DNA of 64,000 bases from Candidatus Latescibacterota bacterium (GTDB lineage: Bacteria > Latescibacterota > UBA2968 > UBA8231), in contig CBDETK010000013.1 of assembly GCA_965242865.1 (NCBI GenBank), positions 2,144,001 to 2,208,000 of the forward strand, read 5' to 3'. How positions within the stretch are numbered: position 1 is the stretch's first letter; every line of letters begins with the position of its first letter. Positions 1 through 10,596 of the stretch are shown piece by piece. A program made the translations under genes and the position numbers. Below the pieces are notes generated by a model. That model ran no database searches, was not told the DNA's origin, and saw nothing but the letters and a program-made list of their open reading frames with translations.

Positions 1-1447
1 TGGCCGCGACGTTGAGGATGCCGTTGGCGTCGATGTCGAAGGTCACCTCGATTTGGGGCATGCCGCGCGGGGCCGCGGGAATGCCGTCGAGGTGGAAGCG
101 GCCGAGGGTGCGGTTGTCGTTGGCAAACTCGCGCTCGCCTTGCAACACGTGGACTTCCACCGAGGGCTGGTTGTCCGAGGCCGTGGAAAAAATCTGGCTC
201 TTCTTGGTGGGGATGGTGGTGTTGCGGTCGATCAGCTTCGTCATTACCCCGCCCATGGTTTCGATCCCCAGCGCGAGCGGCGTGACGTCGAGCAGCAGGA
301 CGTCGTCGACGTCGCCCGCTAACACGCCGGCCTGAATGGCCGCGCCCAAGGCGACCACCTCGTCGGGGTTGACGCCCCGATGCGGCTCCTTGCCAAAGAG
401 CGCTTGCACCACTTCTTGGATTTTCGGGATGCGCGTTGAGCCGCCGACCAAAATCACTTGGTCGATGTCGCTGGCTTGCAACTCGGCGTCGGCGAGGGCC
501 TGCTGGCAAGGGGCCTTGGTGCGCTCGACTAGGTCGTCGACCAAGCGCTCGAACTGGGCGCGCGACAGGCTGGTTTGCAGGTGCTTGGGGCCGGTCTGAT
601 CGGCGGTGATAAAGGGCAGGTTGATATCGGTCGCCGTGGAGGAGGACAACTCGATTTTGGCTTTTTCGCCTGCTTCTTTGAGCCGTTGCAGGGCCATCGG
701 GTCTCGGCGCAGGTCAATGCCCTCACTCTTTTGAAATTCCTCGGCGAGCCAGTCGATGATCTTCTGGTCGAAATCGTCGCCGCCGAGGTGGGTGTCGCCG
801 TTGGTGGATTTGACCTCAAAGACGCCGTCGCCGAGCTCGAGGATGGAAATGTCGAAGGTGCCGCCGCCGAGGTCGTACACGGCGATCTGCTCGCTGGAGC
901 CGCCCTTGTCCAAGCCGTAGGCCAGCGCCGCGGCGGTCGGCTCATTGACGATGCGCAAGACCTCCAAGCCGGCGATGGTGCCCGCGTCCTTGGTGGCTTG
1001 GCGTTGGGAGTCGTTGAAGTACGCCGGCACGGTGACGACAGCTTGTTGCACTTCCACGCCCAGATAGTCTTCGGCCGTCTGCTTCATCTTTTGCAAGATC
1101 ATGGCCGAGATTTCCGGGGGCGTGTGTTCCTTGCCGTCAATTTTGGCCACGGCTAAGTCGCGGCTGCCTGGGGCCACTTCGTAGGGCACTTCGCTTATTT
1201 CGTTGGCGACTTCGCCGTAGCGGCGGCCCATGAAGCGCTTGATCGAGTAGATCGTGTTTTGCGGATTGGTGACGGCTTGGCGTTTGGCGGTCTGGCCGAC
1301 GAGACGCTCGCCCTCTTTGGTGAAGGCGACCATGGAAGGCGTGGTGCGGCCTCCTTCGGAGTTGGCGATGATCTCTGCGTCTTGGCCTTCGATGACGGCG
1401 ACGCACGAATTGGTGGTGCCTAAGTCAATGCCGATGACTTTAGCCAT
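1..1447 (-). CDS. dnaK: Molecular chaperone DnaK (Hsp70), 3' end outside window
   Basis: Minus strand from ATG 1447 reads [16 protein letters not shown]...; later TVPAYFND and DLGGGTFD motifs; SD AAGGAGGA upstream. Confidence 0.97.
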   Translation of the reverse strand, partial: MAKVIGIDLGTTNSCVAVIEGQDAEIIANSEGGRTTPSMVAFTKEGERLVGQTAKRQAVTNPQNTIYSIKRFMGRRYGEVANEISEVPYEVAPGSRDLAVAKIDGKEHTPPEISAMILQKMKQTAEDYLGVEVQQAVVTVPAYFNDSQRQATKDAGTIAGLEVLRIVNEPTAAALAYGLDKGGSSEQIAVYDLGGGTFDISILELGDGVFEVKSTNGDTHLGGDDFDQKIIDWLAEEFQKSEGIDLRRDPMALQRLKEAGEKAKIELSSSTATDINLPFITADQTGPKHLQTSLSRAQFERLVDDLVERTKAPCQQALADAELQASDIDQVILVGGSTRIPKIQEVVQALFGKEPHRGVNPDEVVALGAAIQAGVLAGDVDDVLLLDVTPLALGIETMGGVMTKLIDRNTTIPTKKSQIFSTASDNQPSVEVHVLQGEREFANDNRTLGRFHLDGIPAAPRGMPQIEVTFDIDANGILNVAA

Positions 1448-1511
1448 TGTTTTCCTCCTTTTGAGAAATTGAATTGGTGGTTTGAGTGAAACTACGGATG
1501 CGAGTCAGACC

Positions 1512-1724
1512 TCATGCTGCGACTTCAACGTAAGCGGACTTCGTAGAGGGCTGCGGCACGGGGAATCCTTCCTGCTTCAGGCCCTCAACGTGAAACGCGA
1601 TTGCTTCCTTCATATTCGCTTCGGTTTCTTCTTCGGTCGCGCCCGTCGCTACACAACCTAAAAGGTCCGGTGAGTACGCGGAGAATCCGGTCTCGGTCTT
1701 TTCCACGACGATTAGGTATTTCAT
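1512..1724 (-). CDS. HicB-family antitoxin-like protein
   Basis: 70 aa; YSPDLLGCVATGATEEE..NMKEAI..H.EGL is the HicB/UPF0150 pattern. Confidence 0.85.
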   Translation of the reverse strand: MKYLIVVEKTETGFSAYSPDLLGCVATGATEEETEANMKEAIAFHVEGLKQEGFPVPQPSTKSAYVEVAA

Positions 1725-1984
1725 AACGCGATTGCGCTCGATTGCGCGGTGAAAACGTTGCGCGGTTCGATTTCCACGCGGACTACATCAAAGCCTGCTT
1801 TGCTGACATCTGCCAGCGCAGAACCGATGGCGTCCTCCAACGACGGGGCTTCGCGGTGAAAGTGGATCTGCGGCACACCAGCCATCGTGACAATCGTACC
1901 GTCATTGAAGACGCTGTAGAGTCGATCTGCTGCTGCTTCGTTGGGGTCGGCTGTTAAAATGACCGTGAATTCATGCACTTTCAT
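1721..1984 (-). CDS. Small hypothetical protein, possibly HicB-like fold
   Basis: MKVHEFTVIL...FHREAPSLEDAIGSALADV; stop overlaps the HicB start (ATGA); start overlaps the kinase 3' end. Confidence 0.6.
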   Translation of the reverse strand: MKVHEFTVILTADPNEAAADRLYSVFNDGTIVTMAGVPQIHFHREAPSLEDAIGSALADVSKAGFDVVRVEIEPRNVFTAQSSAIAL

Positions 1985-2858
1985 TAGACGCTTCCGAAAT
2001 TTCCCTCCACATATCGATAGCAGAGGGAGTTCGAGCAGTGACATGCCGCCGCAATGCCCGAGCAATGGCAGGCGCATATCTCGATTCTAGCCCTTCGGCG
2101 CACTTTCTTGGATGACCGTCAATAATTTCATGTGGTGTAAACTCTAGTGTTTGGTTCAGCAGGAGACTCAGCAGCAGCAAGCCTACGTGATAAATGTCAA
2201 CATGCTTTCCTGTAAAACCAAACCTACGGTCTAGGGCCTCGGGAGGTAACATCCATTGGGGGAGGGTAGTATTGGGGCTTATATCTTTTTCGAGGCGGCT
2301 GATCCCTAGGTCGCCGATCTTGAATCTCCAAACAGGGTCCTGGTCCGGGAACATTGGATCTTTCTGGAGAGAGACAAAAACATTTCCTGCGTGCAAGTCT
2401 TTGTGAACATATCCATGGTCGTGGATATAATGGAGCCCGTTGAGAATGTCGCGGCTGACATACGGCAACCAAAATTCGCCGGCAGTACTATCAGCACTAG
2501 CACGGATCAAATCCTTAAGTGTGAATTCACACTTCTCAACAATGAGGTAGAAAGTATTTTCACATTCAAATGCTTGATGGATAAAAGTAACTTGTGGATG
2601 CCTAAGCTGTTGGAGATTTTGAAACTCACGGAGCCAACTGCCTCGTATTGCCTCGTACGACTGACCCCGCGGCACAAGTACTTTGGCAACCAGTTCGTTC
2701 CCCCATTCGTCGAGACAATCGAAAATATCACCGAACGCTCCGCGGCCGATTCTCTTACCGATGAAGTACTTAATACCTTTGCATTCTATCTCCTTACCAT
2801 CACTCGGAGGCACAAATTTACGAGGAACGATCCGTTGGATTCTTTGGCTATGTATCAT
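1971..2858 (-). CDS. Hanks-type Ser/Thr protein kinase
   Basis: GRGAFG loop, VAKV, HKDLHAGN catalytic loop, DLG, PPE; lower GC than flanks; start at ATG 2858 is a guess. Confidence 0.88.
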   Translation of the reverse strand: MIHSQRIQRIVPRKFVPPSDGKEIECKGIKYFIGKRIGRGAFGDIFDCLDEWGNELVAKVLVPRGQSYEAIRGSWLREFQNLQQLRHPQVTFIHQAFECENTFYLIVEKCEFTLKDLIRASADSTAGEFWLPYVSRDILNGLHYIHDHGYVHKDLHAGNVFVSLQKDPMFPDQDPVWRFKIGDLGISRLEKDISPNTTLPQWMLPPEALDRRFGFTGKHVDIYHVGLLLLSLLLNQTLEFTPHEIIDGHPRKCAEGLESRYAPAIARALRRHVTARTPSAIDMWREISEASNESA

Positions 2859-3100
2859 TCTACTAACCGCCTTTCGGTTACCGGCCGGCCACCGCTGTCT
2901 GGTCTCTCGAGCCTGCGGCGTCCAAGAGACTGTTTTAGAATAGCAAGTATCGTGCCACACGTCGCTTTAATATGCCAAAAAATCTATAACTCCTTGTTTC
3001 TAAAGAGATAAATGCAAATCAGCGTAAATTTGCAAATCGTCTCTTGGCGACACGATGGCAGCAAATCGGTGTTATCGTGTCACCAAGAGCTGAGGACGCA

Positions 3101-3129
3101 TTGACAGAGCACTGCCACTCGGCTAGATT
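3101..3129 (+). promoter_or_regulatory. sigma70-type promoter of uvrB
   Basis: TTGACA-17 bp-TAGATT, followed by SD GAGGAGG and ATG 3151. Confidence 0.7.
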
Positions 3130-3150
3130 GGCCGCCCACGAGGAGGGTTC

Positions 3151-5145
<1,995 letters not shown>

Positions 5146-5162
5146 AGGTCGCGCCGCCAAAT

Positions 5163-5191
5163 TTGACCGGCCCTGCGGTCCATTTTAGATT
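5163..5191 (+). promoter_or_regulatory. sigma70-type promoter of the ABC ATPase gene
   Basis: TTGACC-17 bp-TAGATT. Confidence 0.55.
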
Positions 5192-5233
5192 GATCCCCCT
5201 TTGAGCAGCAATACCCACTAGCAGGAGTGCGTT

Positions 5234-5983
5234 ATGTTAAATGGCCGCGATGTGATCGTCGATGTCCAAGAAGTCAAGATGGTTTACAATGCCAAAAACC
5301 GCGACGAATCAACGCATGTTCACGCGCTGCGCGGTTTGAGCCTGAAGGTGTACGAAAACGAATTTTTCGCCATTATGGGGCCTTCGGGGTCGGGCAAGAG
5401 CACGCTGTTCAACATGATCGGCGCCCTGCAGACGCCCACCGACGGCGAGGTGCTCATCGAGGGCGTCAATCTGGCGACGCTCAACGCGCAGCAACTCGCG
5501 GCCGTGCGCTGCTTTGAGCTGGGGTACATTTTCCAGACCTACAACCTCTTGCCGGTGATGAGCGCGCTGATGAACGTGTCGCTGCCCACAGTGTTTGCCG
5601 GCATGACCACGGCCGAGGGCGAAAGGCGGGCGATGGAGTGTTTGAAGATCGTCGGCCTAGACGATAGGGCGCACCACATTCCCTCCGAGCTGTCAGGGGG
5701 GCAGCAGCAGCGCGTAGCCATTGCCCGCGCCTTCGTCAACAAGCCGCGCATCATCCTCGCGGACGAGCCGACCGGCAACCTCGACAGCAACACCGGGCAG
5801 GAAATCATCAACTACATGAAAAGCCTGCAACAGGAGATGGGGACGACGATCATTACCGTGACCCACGACGACAAAATGCTTACCGCAGCCGACCGCATGG
5901 CTTGGATCCGCGATGGCCAGCTAGAGCGGGTGGCCAACCGCGAGGACATCGAGATCCAGATGGGCAGCATCAAAGAGCACTAA
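5234..5983 (+). CDS. ABC transporter ATP-binding protein (LolD/MacB-like)
   Basis: [38 protein letters not shown]. Confidence 0.93.
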   Translation: MLNGRDVIVDVQEVKMVYNAKNRDESTHVHALRGLSLKVYENEFFAIMGPSGSGKSTLFNMIGALQTPTDGEVLIEGVNLATLNAQQLAAVRCFELGYIFQTYNLLPVMSALMNVSLPTVFAGMTTAEGERRAMECLKIVGLDDRAHHIPSELSGGQQQRVAIARAFVNKPRIILADEPTGNLDSNTGQEIINYMKSLQQEMGTTIITVTHDDKMLTAADRMAWIRDGQLERVANREDIEIQMGSIKEH

Positions 5984-6074
5984 GAAGCGGTCTTAGAATT
6001 GTAGAAGTAAGCAAGGTTGCGGCTTCTGTGTTTAGGCTTTTATTTATTTAACGATGGCAAAGAACCTACAATCA

Positions 6075-6137
6075 GGGGCGGCCCCCCGTGCCTACCCGTT
6101 AGAATTTCGTTGGGGCAGGCCCCCGTGCCTGCCCGTT
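6075..6137. repeat. Pair of REP-like palindromic elements
   Basis: GGGGCGGCCCCCCGTGCCTACCCGTT (6075-6100) and GGGGCAGGCCCCCGTGCCTGCCCGTT (6112-6137); the second folds GGGCAGGC/GCCTGCCC. Confidence 0.6.
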
Positions 6138-6140
6138 ACA

Positions 6141-6344
6141 GCGGCAAAATTGGCACGATCGGTTGACGAATGAACGAGACGATGGTTAAGCATTTCGTAT
6201 CAGGCAGGGGTCTTGCTGTGGGGCAAAACCCTGTTGGGTGCTTGGAATCGTCGTCAAATTTAATGTGTCGTAAGTCCTTGAAAAACAACGACTTACCCCC
6301 CCTCCCCACCGAAAATTCTCCGCTAGCACCACACTCTCTACTTC
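6141..6344 (+). repeat. ~200 bp direct repeat, copy 1
   Basis: Near-identical to 8145-8348 (e.g. TGAACGAGACGATGGTTAAGCATTTC...GAAAATTCTCCGCTAGCACC...ACACTCTCTACTTC). Confidence 0.92.
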
Positions 6345-6487
6345 GCGCTTGGCTACGACATCCAAATTCCCGCCCCGTGTCAGAGCACGGGGTGACGTTC
6401 TTTCGCGGGAACGACGCCGCTGGCCGGCGTAGCGGTGCTTTCTCGTAGTCGCAATTCCTTCTGAGACCGGTTCTATTCAGTGCAAGT

Positions 6488-6564
6488 GCTACCCCGCCTC
6501 CCGTTGTTCGTGAGCTACCCCGCCTCCCGTTGTTCGTGAGCCGCCACCTCCCGTTGTCTGTGAA
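6488..6564 (+). repeat. 26 bp tandem repeat (2 exact copies + 1 degenerate)
   Basis: GCTACCCCGCCTCCCGTTGTTCGTGA at 6488 and 6514; degenerate copy from 6540. Confidence 0.85.
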
Positions 6565-7957
6565 CCACCACCGAAATAGTTGGCTGCTCAGCCTGTATCT
6601 GGGCTTGGCACCGGTCTATCACTTGATTGGCGACAAGTACCTGCACCTGTTCAAGGCCGTGCTCGCGGTAGCGGCGGTAGCGGTTGTGTTGATCCCACCG
6701 CTGCTGTCGGGCAAGCTCCGGCTGCCGGCGCGGGCCCTGGGGCCGCTGGGGTTTTTGGCCCTGATCCTCCTGTCGGCCCCCGGGGTGGTCCAAGCCCCAG
6801 CGGTGGTCCTAAACGTCATGTTCGTCATGGACATCGGGTACGCCGCCGGGCTAATGTGGTGCTTCTTCTATCTGGCGCGTCAGGGCGAAAACATCTCCGT
6901 CATCCTCACCCGCGCCCTAGTGATAATTTTGCCCTTGGCCGCATTTGCGCTGGTGAGTGCGCTCGCCAAGATACCGAATTGGACGAATCCCTGCGACCAG
7001 TTTTGGCGGCCGGCGTACAGCATAGGGTTCGGCTCGAGCCCAACGCAATGGTCAATCAGCCTGATTCTCTTATTGCCCTGCATAGGCTTGCTGATGGGCG
7101 AGGGGACGCATTGGAGACTAAAGCAAGAGCACCGGGCTATGCTGGGGGCCGCGTTGGCGAGCATCCTCTTTGTCAGCCAATTTATGACCGGCGGACGCAC
7201 TGGTTTTTTAATCTCAGCGGTTTCAATCGCCATATTGGCCTTCCCGCGGCAGTCGAGATGGTTGGCCTACTCAGGTATTCTCACCGGAATAGTGATCGGT
7301 GGGATCATCGTCTCTAGCCAAAACCCAGCATGCTCCAGCCACGTAGGGCTGGACCGCCTCTTGGCCCTAGTCGATATAGACAGACTTAGATCGACCGACC
7401 CAGACACACACAAGCCAGCCGCCGTAGATAAGCCCAGACCCGCTGACGTGGATAGACCTAGACCCGTCCATATAGAGACAGACAGACCCAGACCGACCGA
7501 CACAGACCGCCCCAAGCCCGCCGCCGTAGAGCGACCCAGACCCTCCGTACTGCCCCGTTTCTTAGCCAACTTGGACACTCTCGGCACCACGCGGTTTGAG
7601 GGGTACAAAATCGGCCTCGGACGGATTGCCGAGCGGCCCTTTCTTGGATATGGATTCGAGCAGGTGTTGCTCAGGGGACATCGCAAGCCCGAAATCGAGA
7701 TTCACAACCTGTGGATCAAGTGGACGACATACTGCGGAGTCCTCGCCCCGATTTGGTTTACGATTATGGCAGGACTCATCCTGCTCATCGCTTTTAGGCT
7801 GGTCGCAAACCGCGACGACCCCTCGGAAAACCGATTTGTTGCTGCCCTGTTGGGACTCGTCGTACTATCGGGCCTTACGGCTGCGATGTTGGAACCCAAT
7901 GCCCTCATCGGGTCTTTTCAGTACACCGCTATTTGGTGGGCGGCCCCATCGGCTTGA
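6530..7957 (+). CDS. O-antigen ligase (Wzy_C)-like membrane protein with a Pro/Arg/Asp repeat insert
   Basis: Many TM stretches; TGGRTG, ERPFLGYG, HNLWI motifs; start uncertain. Confidence 0.75.
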   Translation: MFVSRHLPLSVNHHRNSWLLSLYLGLAPVYHLIGDKYLHLFKAVLAVAAVAVVLIPPLLSGKLRLPARALGPLGFLALILLSAPGVVQAPAVVLNVMFVMDIGYAAGLMWCFFYLARQGENISVILTRALVIILPLAAFALVSALAKIPNWTNPCDQFWRPAYSIGFGSSPTQWSISLILLLPCIGLLMGEGTHWRLKQEHRAMLGAALASILFVSQFMTGGRTGFLISAVSIAILAFPRQSRWLAYSGILTGIVIGGIIVSSQNPACSSHVGLDRLLALVDIDRLRSTDPDTHKPAAVDKPRPADVDRPRPVHIETDRPRPTDTDRPKPAAVERPRPSVLPRFLANLDTLGTTRFEGYKIGLGRIAERPFLGYGFEQVLLRGHRKPEIEIHNLWIKWTTYCGVLAPIWFTIMAGLILLIAFRLVANRDDPSENRFVAALLGLVVLSGLTAAMLEPNALIGSFQYTAIWWAAPSA

Positions 7958-8144
7958 TCCGCGGATGCACTTTACCCGACCAACTTTGCGTATAGGTACA
8001 GCCACAGCCCCGGCACCGATACCGTTGCTTGCCTTGCCGCCGGCCGTTCTTGACGGTATTTTTATGATTACAGCGTGGACAGGGTATCATGAGCAGAATA
8101 GCAACGTCCGGCTGTTTTGTGGTGGCCTTGTAAACCGCATTTTG

Positions 8145-8348
8145 GCGGCGAATTTGGGGTTGACGTAATGAACGAGACGATGGTTAAGCATTTCATATCA
8201 GGCAGGGGTCTTGCTGTGGGGCAAAACCCTGTTGGGTGCTTGGATTCATCGTTGGATTTAATGTGTCGTAAGTTATTGAAAAACAATGACTTATCCCCAT
8301 CTCCCCCGAAAATTCTCCGCTAGCACCAAGCACCACACTCTCTACTTC
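8145..8348 (+). repeat. ~200 bp direct repeat, copy 2
   Basis: Matches 6141-6344 with scattered substitutions and small indels. Confidence 0.92.
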
Positions 8349-8447
8349 TCAGCATCGGCCGCCGGATCGTGTGCGGCCATTGGGCGTCGCGTCGGTCTGG
8401 CCGCACGACCCCAAGCGCACGCTGCCGTGCGGCCTTTATGCTGATCC

Positions 8448-9434
8448 ATGTTTCCTGCACCACCCCCGCAACCCGTCTGCCAAGGACCGAGGGCGGAATC
8501 CCCTCGCCAAACCGAAGCCGAGGCCGATAGCACACAGGCCGAAGCTGACGCTGACGCCGATAGCACCCAATCAACCGCCGTTGAGTTCGCCGACGCCAAT
8601 CTGGAGCGGGCGGTGCGGGAGGCGTTGGATCGCCCGTCAGGGCCTCTGACCCCGGCGGACTTGGCATCCCTGACCGAACTCGACGCGATCTATAAAGACA
8701 TTGAGAGCGTGGCCGGCCTCGAACACGCGACGGCCCTGACAACGCTGTATCTGCGGGGCAACGCGATTACCGACGTGAGTCCGTTGGCGAGCCTAACCAA
8801 TCTGCACACGCTGTCGCTGTGGGGGAACAAGGTGGCGGATGCGAGGCCGCTGGCCAGCCTGATCAGCTTGCGCACGCTGGATATGTGGGGCAACGAGATT
8901 ACGGATGTGCAGCCGTTAGCTCGCCTAACCAACCTGCAATGGCTCCAGCTAGGCGACAACGCGATTGCGGATATAAGTCCCTTGGCCAGCCTGACCAACC
9001 TGCAATGGCTGGGCGTGATGGAAAACGCCCTCAGCCAGCACGCGGCCAACCAACAACTCGCCGCCGCGATAACAAGCGGCCTCCGCGTCGAAGCGGTGAT
9101 CGAAAAATACCCCCGCGTCGAAACCGTCCAAGTCTATCCAGAAGAACCGGAACCGACGGAGCCGGAACCAGTGCCCGCCCTATACTGGACGGAATATGGC
9201 ACGAATGCGGATAGGATTCAGCGTGCCAACCTCGATGGCACAATGGTCGAAAACCTCATCACCTCGGGATTGCATACGCCATTGAGCATCGCGCTGGATT
9301 TGGTGAACAGAAAGATGTACTGGGGGATCTTTGGCGAGGGTGAGATTCAGTGTGCCAACCTCGATGGCTCAATGGTCGATGACCTCATCACGGGATTGAG
9401 TACGCCATCGGGCATCGCGCTGGGTACTCGGTAG
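8448..9434 (+). CDS. Internalin-type LRR protein with C-terminal LDL-receptor class B (YWTD-like) repeats
   Basis: FADANLERAVR cap; 22-aa LxxLxLxGNxIxDxSPLASL repeats; LYWTE..IQRANLDG and KMYWG..IQCANLDG; N-terminus uncertain. Confidence 0.85.
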   Translation: MFPAPPPQPVCQGPRAESPRQTEAEADSTQAEADADADSTQSTAVEFADANLERAVREALDRPSGPLTPADLASLTELDAIYKDIESVAGLEHATALTTLYLRGNAITDVSPLASLTNLHTLSLWGNKVADARPLASLISLRTLDMWGNEITDVQPLARLTNLQWLQLGDNAIADISPLASLTNLQWLGVMENALSQHAANQQLAAAITSGLRVEAVIEKYPRVETVQVYPEEPEPTEPEPVPALYWTEYGTNADRIQRANLDGTMVENLITSGLHTPLSIALDLVNRKMYWGIFGEGEIQCANLDGSMVDDLITGLSTPSGIALGTR

Positions 9435-9558
9435 GCATGGAGGATCACCTGCCCGGCTTGCATGGGTTGAGGCGACGAGACTTACACTCTGAGCCGCCGC
9501 CGTGGCACGATTTTTGCCTGTTGCGGATACCACCTCACCCGCAACCAAGGCAGAACCC

Positions 9559-10482
9559 ATGGCCGAATTCGACACCATCGCCAAGCATCTCATCCACACT
9601 TACCCAACGGACTTCGCCCGATTCGCCCTCCAACAAGACGACATCCAAGTCCACGGCGTCGTCGAGACCGAGCAAACCACCGTCGAAACCCATCGCACCG
9701 ATAGCCTCATTCGCGTCCACGTCGATGGCGTGGAGGCGTTGGTCCATCACGAGTTTCAAACCACCGACAGCAAACCGCCCATGCCCCTCCGCATGGTCGG
9801 CTATATCGGACGCAGCATCGAGCAGCATAAGTGCCCGATCTACTCCAACGTCATCTATCTGCGTCCAGACGCCGGCCGGAGCGATCCGGGGTATTATCTC
9901 CAAGAGCGGCACGGCTACCGGGTGTTGGTGCAATACAAGGTGAGTCGGCTGATTGAGCTCGATGGCCAACGCATACTCGAGGAGGGGCCTTCGGGCTTGC
10001 TGCCGTTTGCGCCGTTGATGCAGCCGCCCGCCGGACTGGATGCCGAGGGGTGGTTGCGCCAGTGTGTCAACCGGGCACAGCAGGTGCCGCTGGACGAATC
10101 CCGCCAGGCCAATTACTTGGCCAATCTTGCGGTATTGAGCGGGTTGGTGTATAACTTAGACACGATTACGACCATCATCGCGGAGGAGACCATGTACGAG
10201 TCGTCGGTAGTGCAGTATTTCACGGAAAAGGGCATTGAGCAGGGTATCAAGCAGGGCATTGAGCAGGGCATTGAGCAGGGCATTGAGCAAGGCGACCGAG
10301 AACGCGCCATTGAAGATCTACTCGAGGTGCTAGCGATTCGCTTTGGGCTAGCGGCGTCGGATCCGTTGGCCGCCCGCATTGGGGCCATCGACGATGTGCA
10401 GCACCTCAAGCGATTGTTTCGGGCGGCCATACAGGTCCCCAGCCTTGAAGCCTTTAGACCCCTGTTAGACCAAGCCGAGTAG
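9559..10482 (+). CDS. Rpn-family PD-(D/E)XK nuclease (recombination-promoting nuclease/putative transposase)
   Basis: RTDSL...HHEFQT...MPLRM..Y motif; GIEQ repeats in the C-terminal part. Confidence 0.85.
   Translation: MAEFDTIAKHLIHTYPTDFARFALQQDDIQVHGVVETEQTTVETHRTDSLIRVHVDGVEALVHHEFQTTDSKPPMPLRMVGYIGRSIEQHKCPIYSNVIYLRPDAGRSDPGYYLQERHGYRVLVQYKVSRLIELDGQRILEEGPSGLLPFAPLMQPPAGLDAEGWLRQCVNRAQQVPLDESRQANYLANLAVLSGLVYNLDTITTIIAEETMYESSVVQYFTEKGIEQGIKQGIEQGIEQGIEQGDRERAIEDLLEVLAIRFGLAASDPLAARIGAIDDVQHLKRLFRAAIQVPSLEAFRPLLDQAE
10192..10482 (+). CDS. Putative intragenic small Rpn C-terminal protein (RpnS-like)
   Basis: In-frame ATG 10192 preceded by GGAGGAG; TTGCGG-17-TATAAC at 10127-10155. Confidence 0.5.
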   Translation: MYESSVVQYFTEKGIEQGIKQGIEQGIEQGIEQGDRERAIEDLLEVLAIRFGLAASDPLAARIGAIDDVQHLKRLFRAAIQVPSLEAFRPLLDQAE

Positions 10483-10596
10483 GGCACCGCGTAGTTTCAG
10501 GTATATCCTAACCTGTTCAATCCTTCCACCATCCTTCCCTATCAACTGCCAGCGACGGGCTATGGGCGGCTAGAATACTGTCGTGTACTTCTTCAG

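Noticed and set aside
12-1472. Short ORFs overlapping dnaK (and similar shadow ORFs throughout)
   Set aside because: Antisense or alternative-frame artefacts of high-GC coding sequence
1448-1511. CIRCE element upstream of dnaK
   Set aside because: No TTAGCACTC-N9-GAGTGCTAA match seen
6170-6448. MNETMVKHF... ORF present in both direct-repeat copies
   Set aside because: Most differences between copies are non-synonymous and the frames diverge after indels, so it is probably non-coding
6488-6564. Possible CRISPR array
   Set aside because: The repeats are directly adjacent with no spacers, there are only 2-3 units, and no cas genes are present
10231-10293. 12-bp tandem repeat GGCATTGAGCAG
   Set aside because: Encodes the GIEQ repeat typical of Rpn proteins; not a separate element
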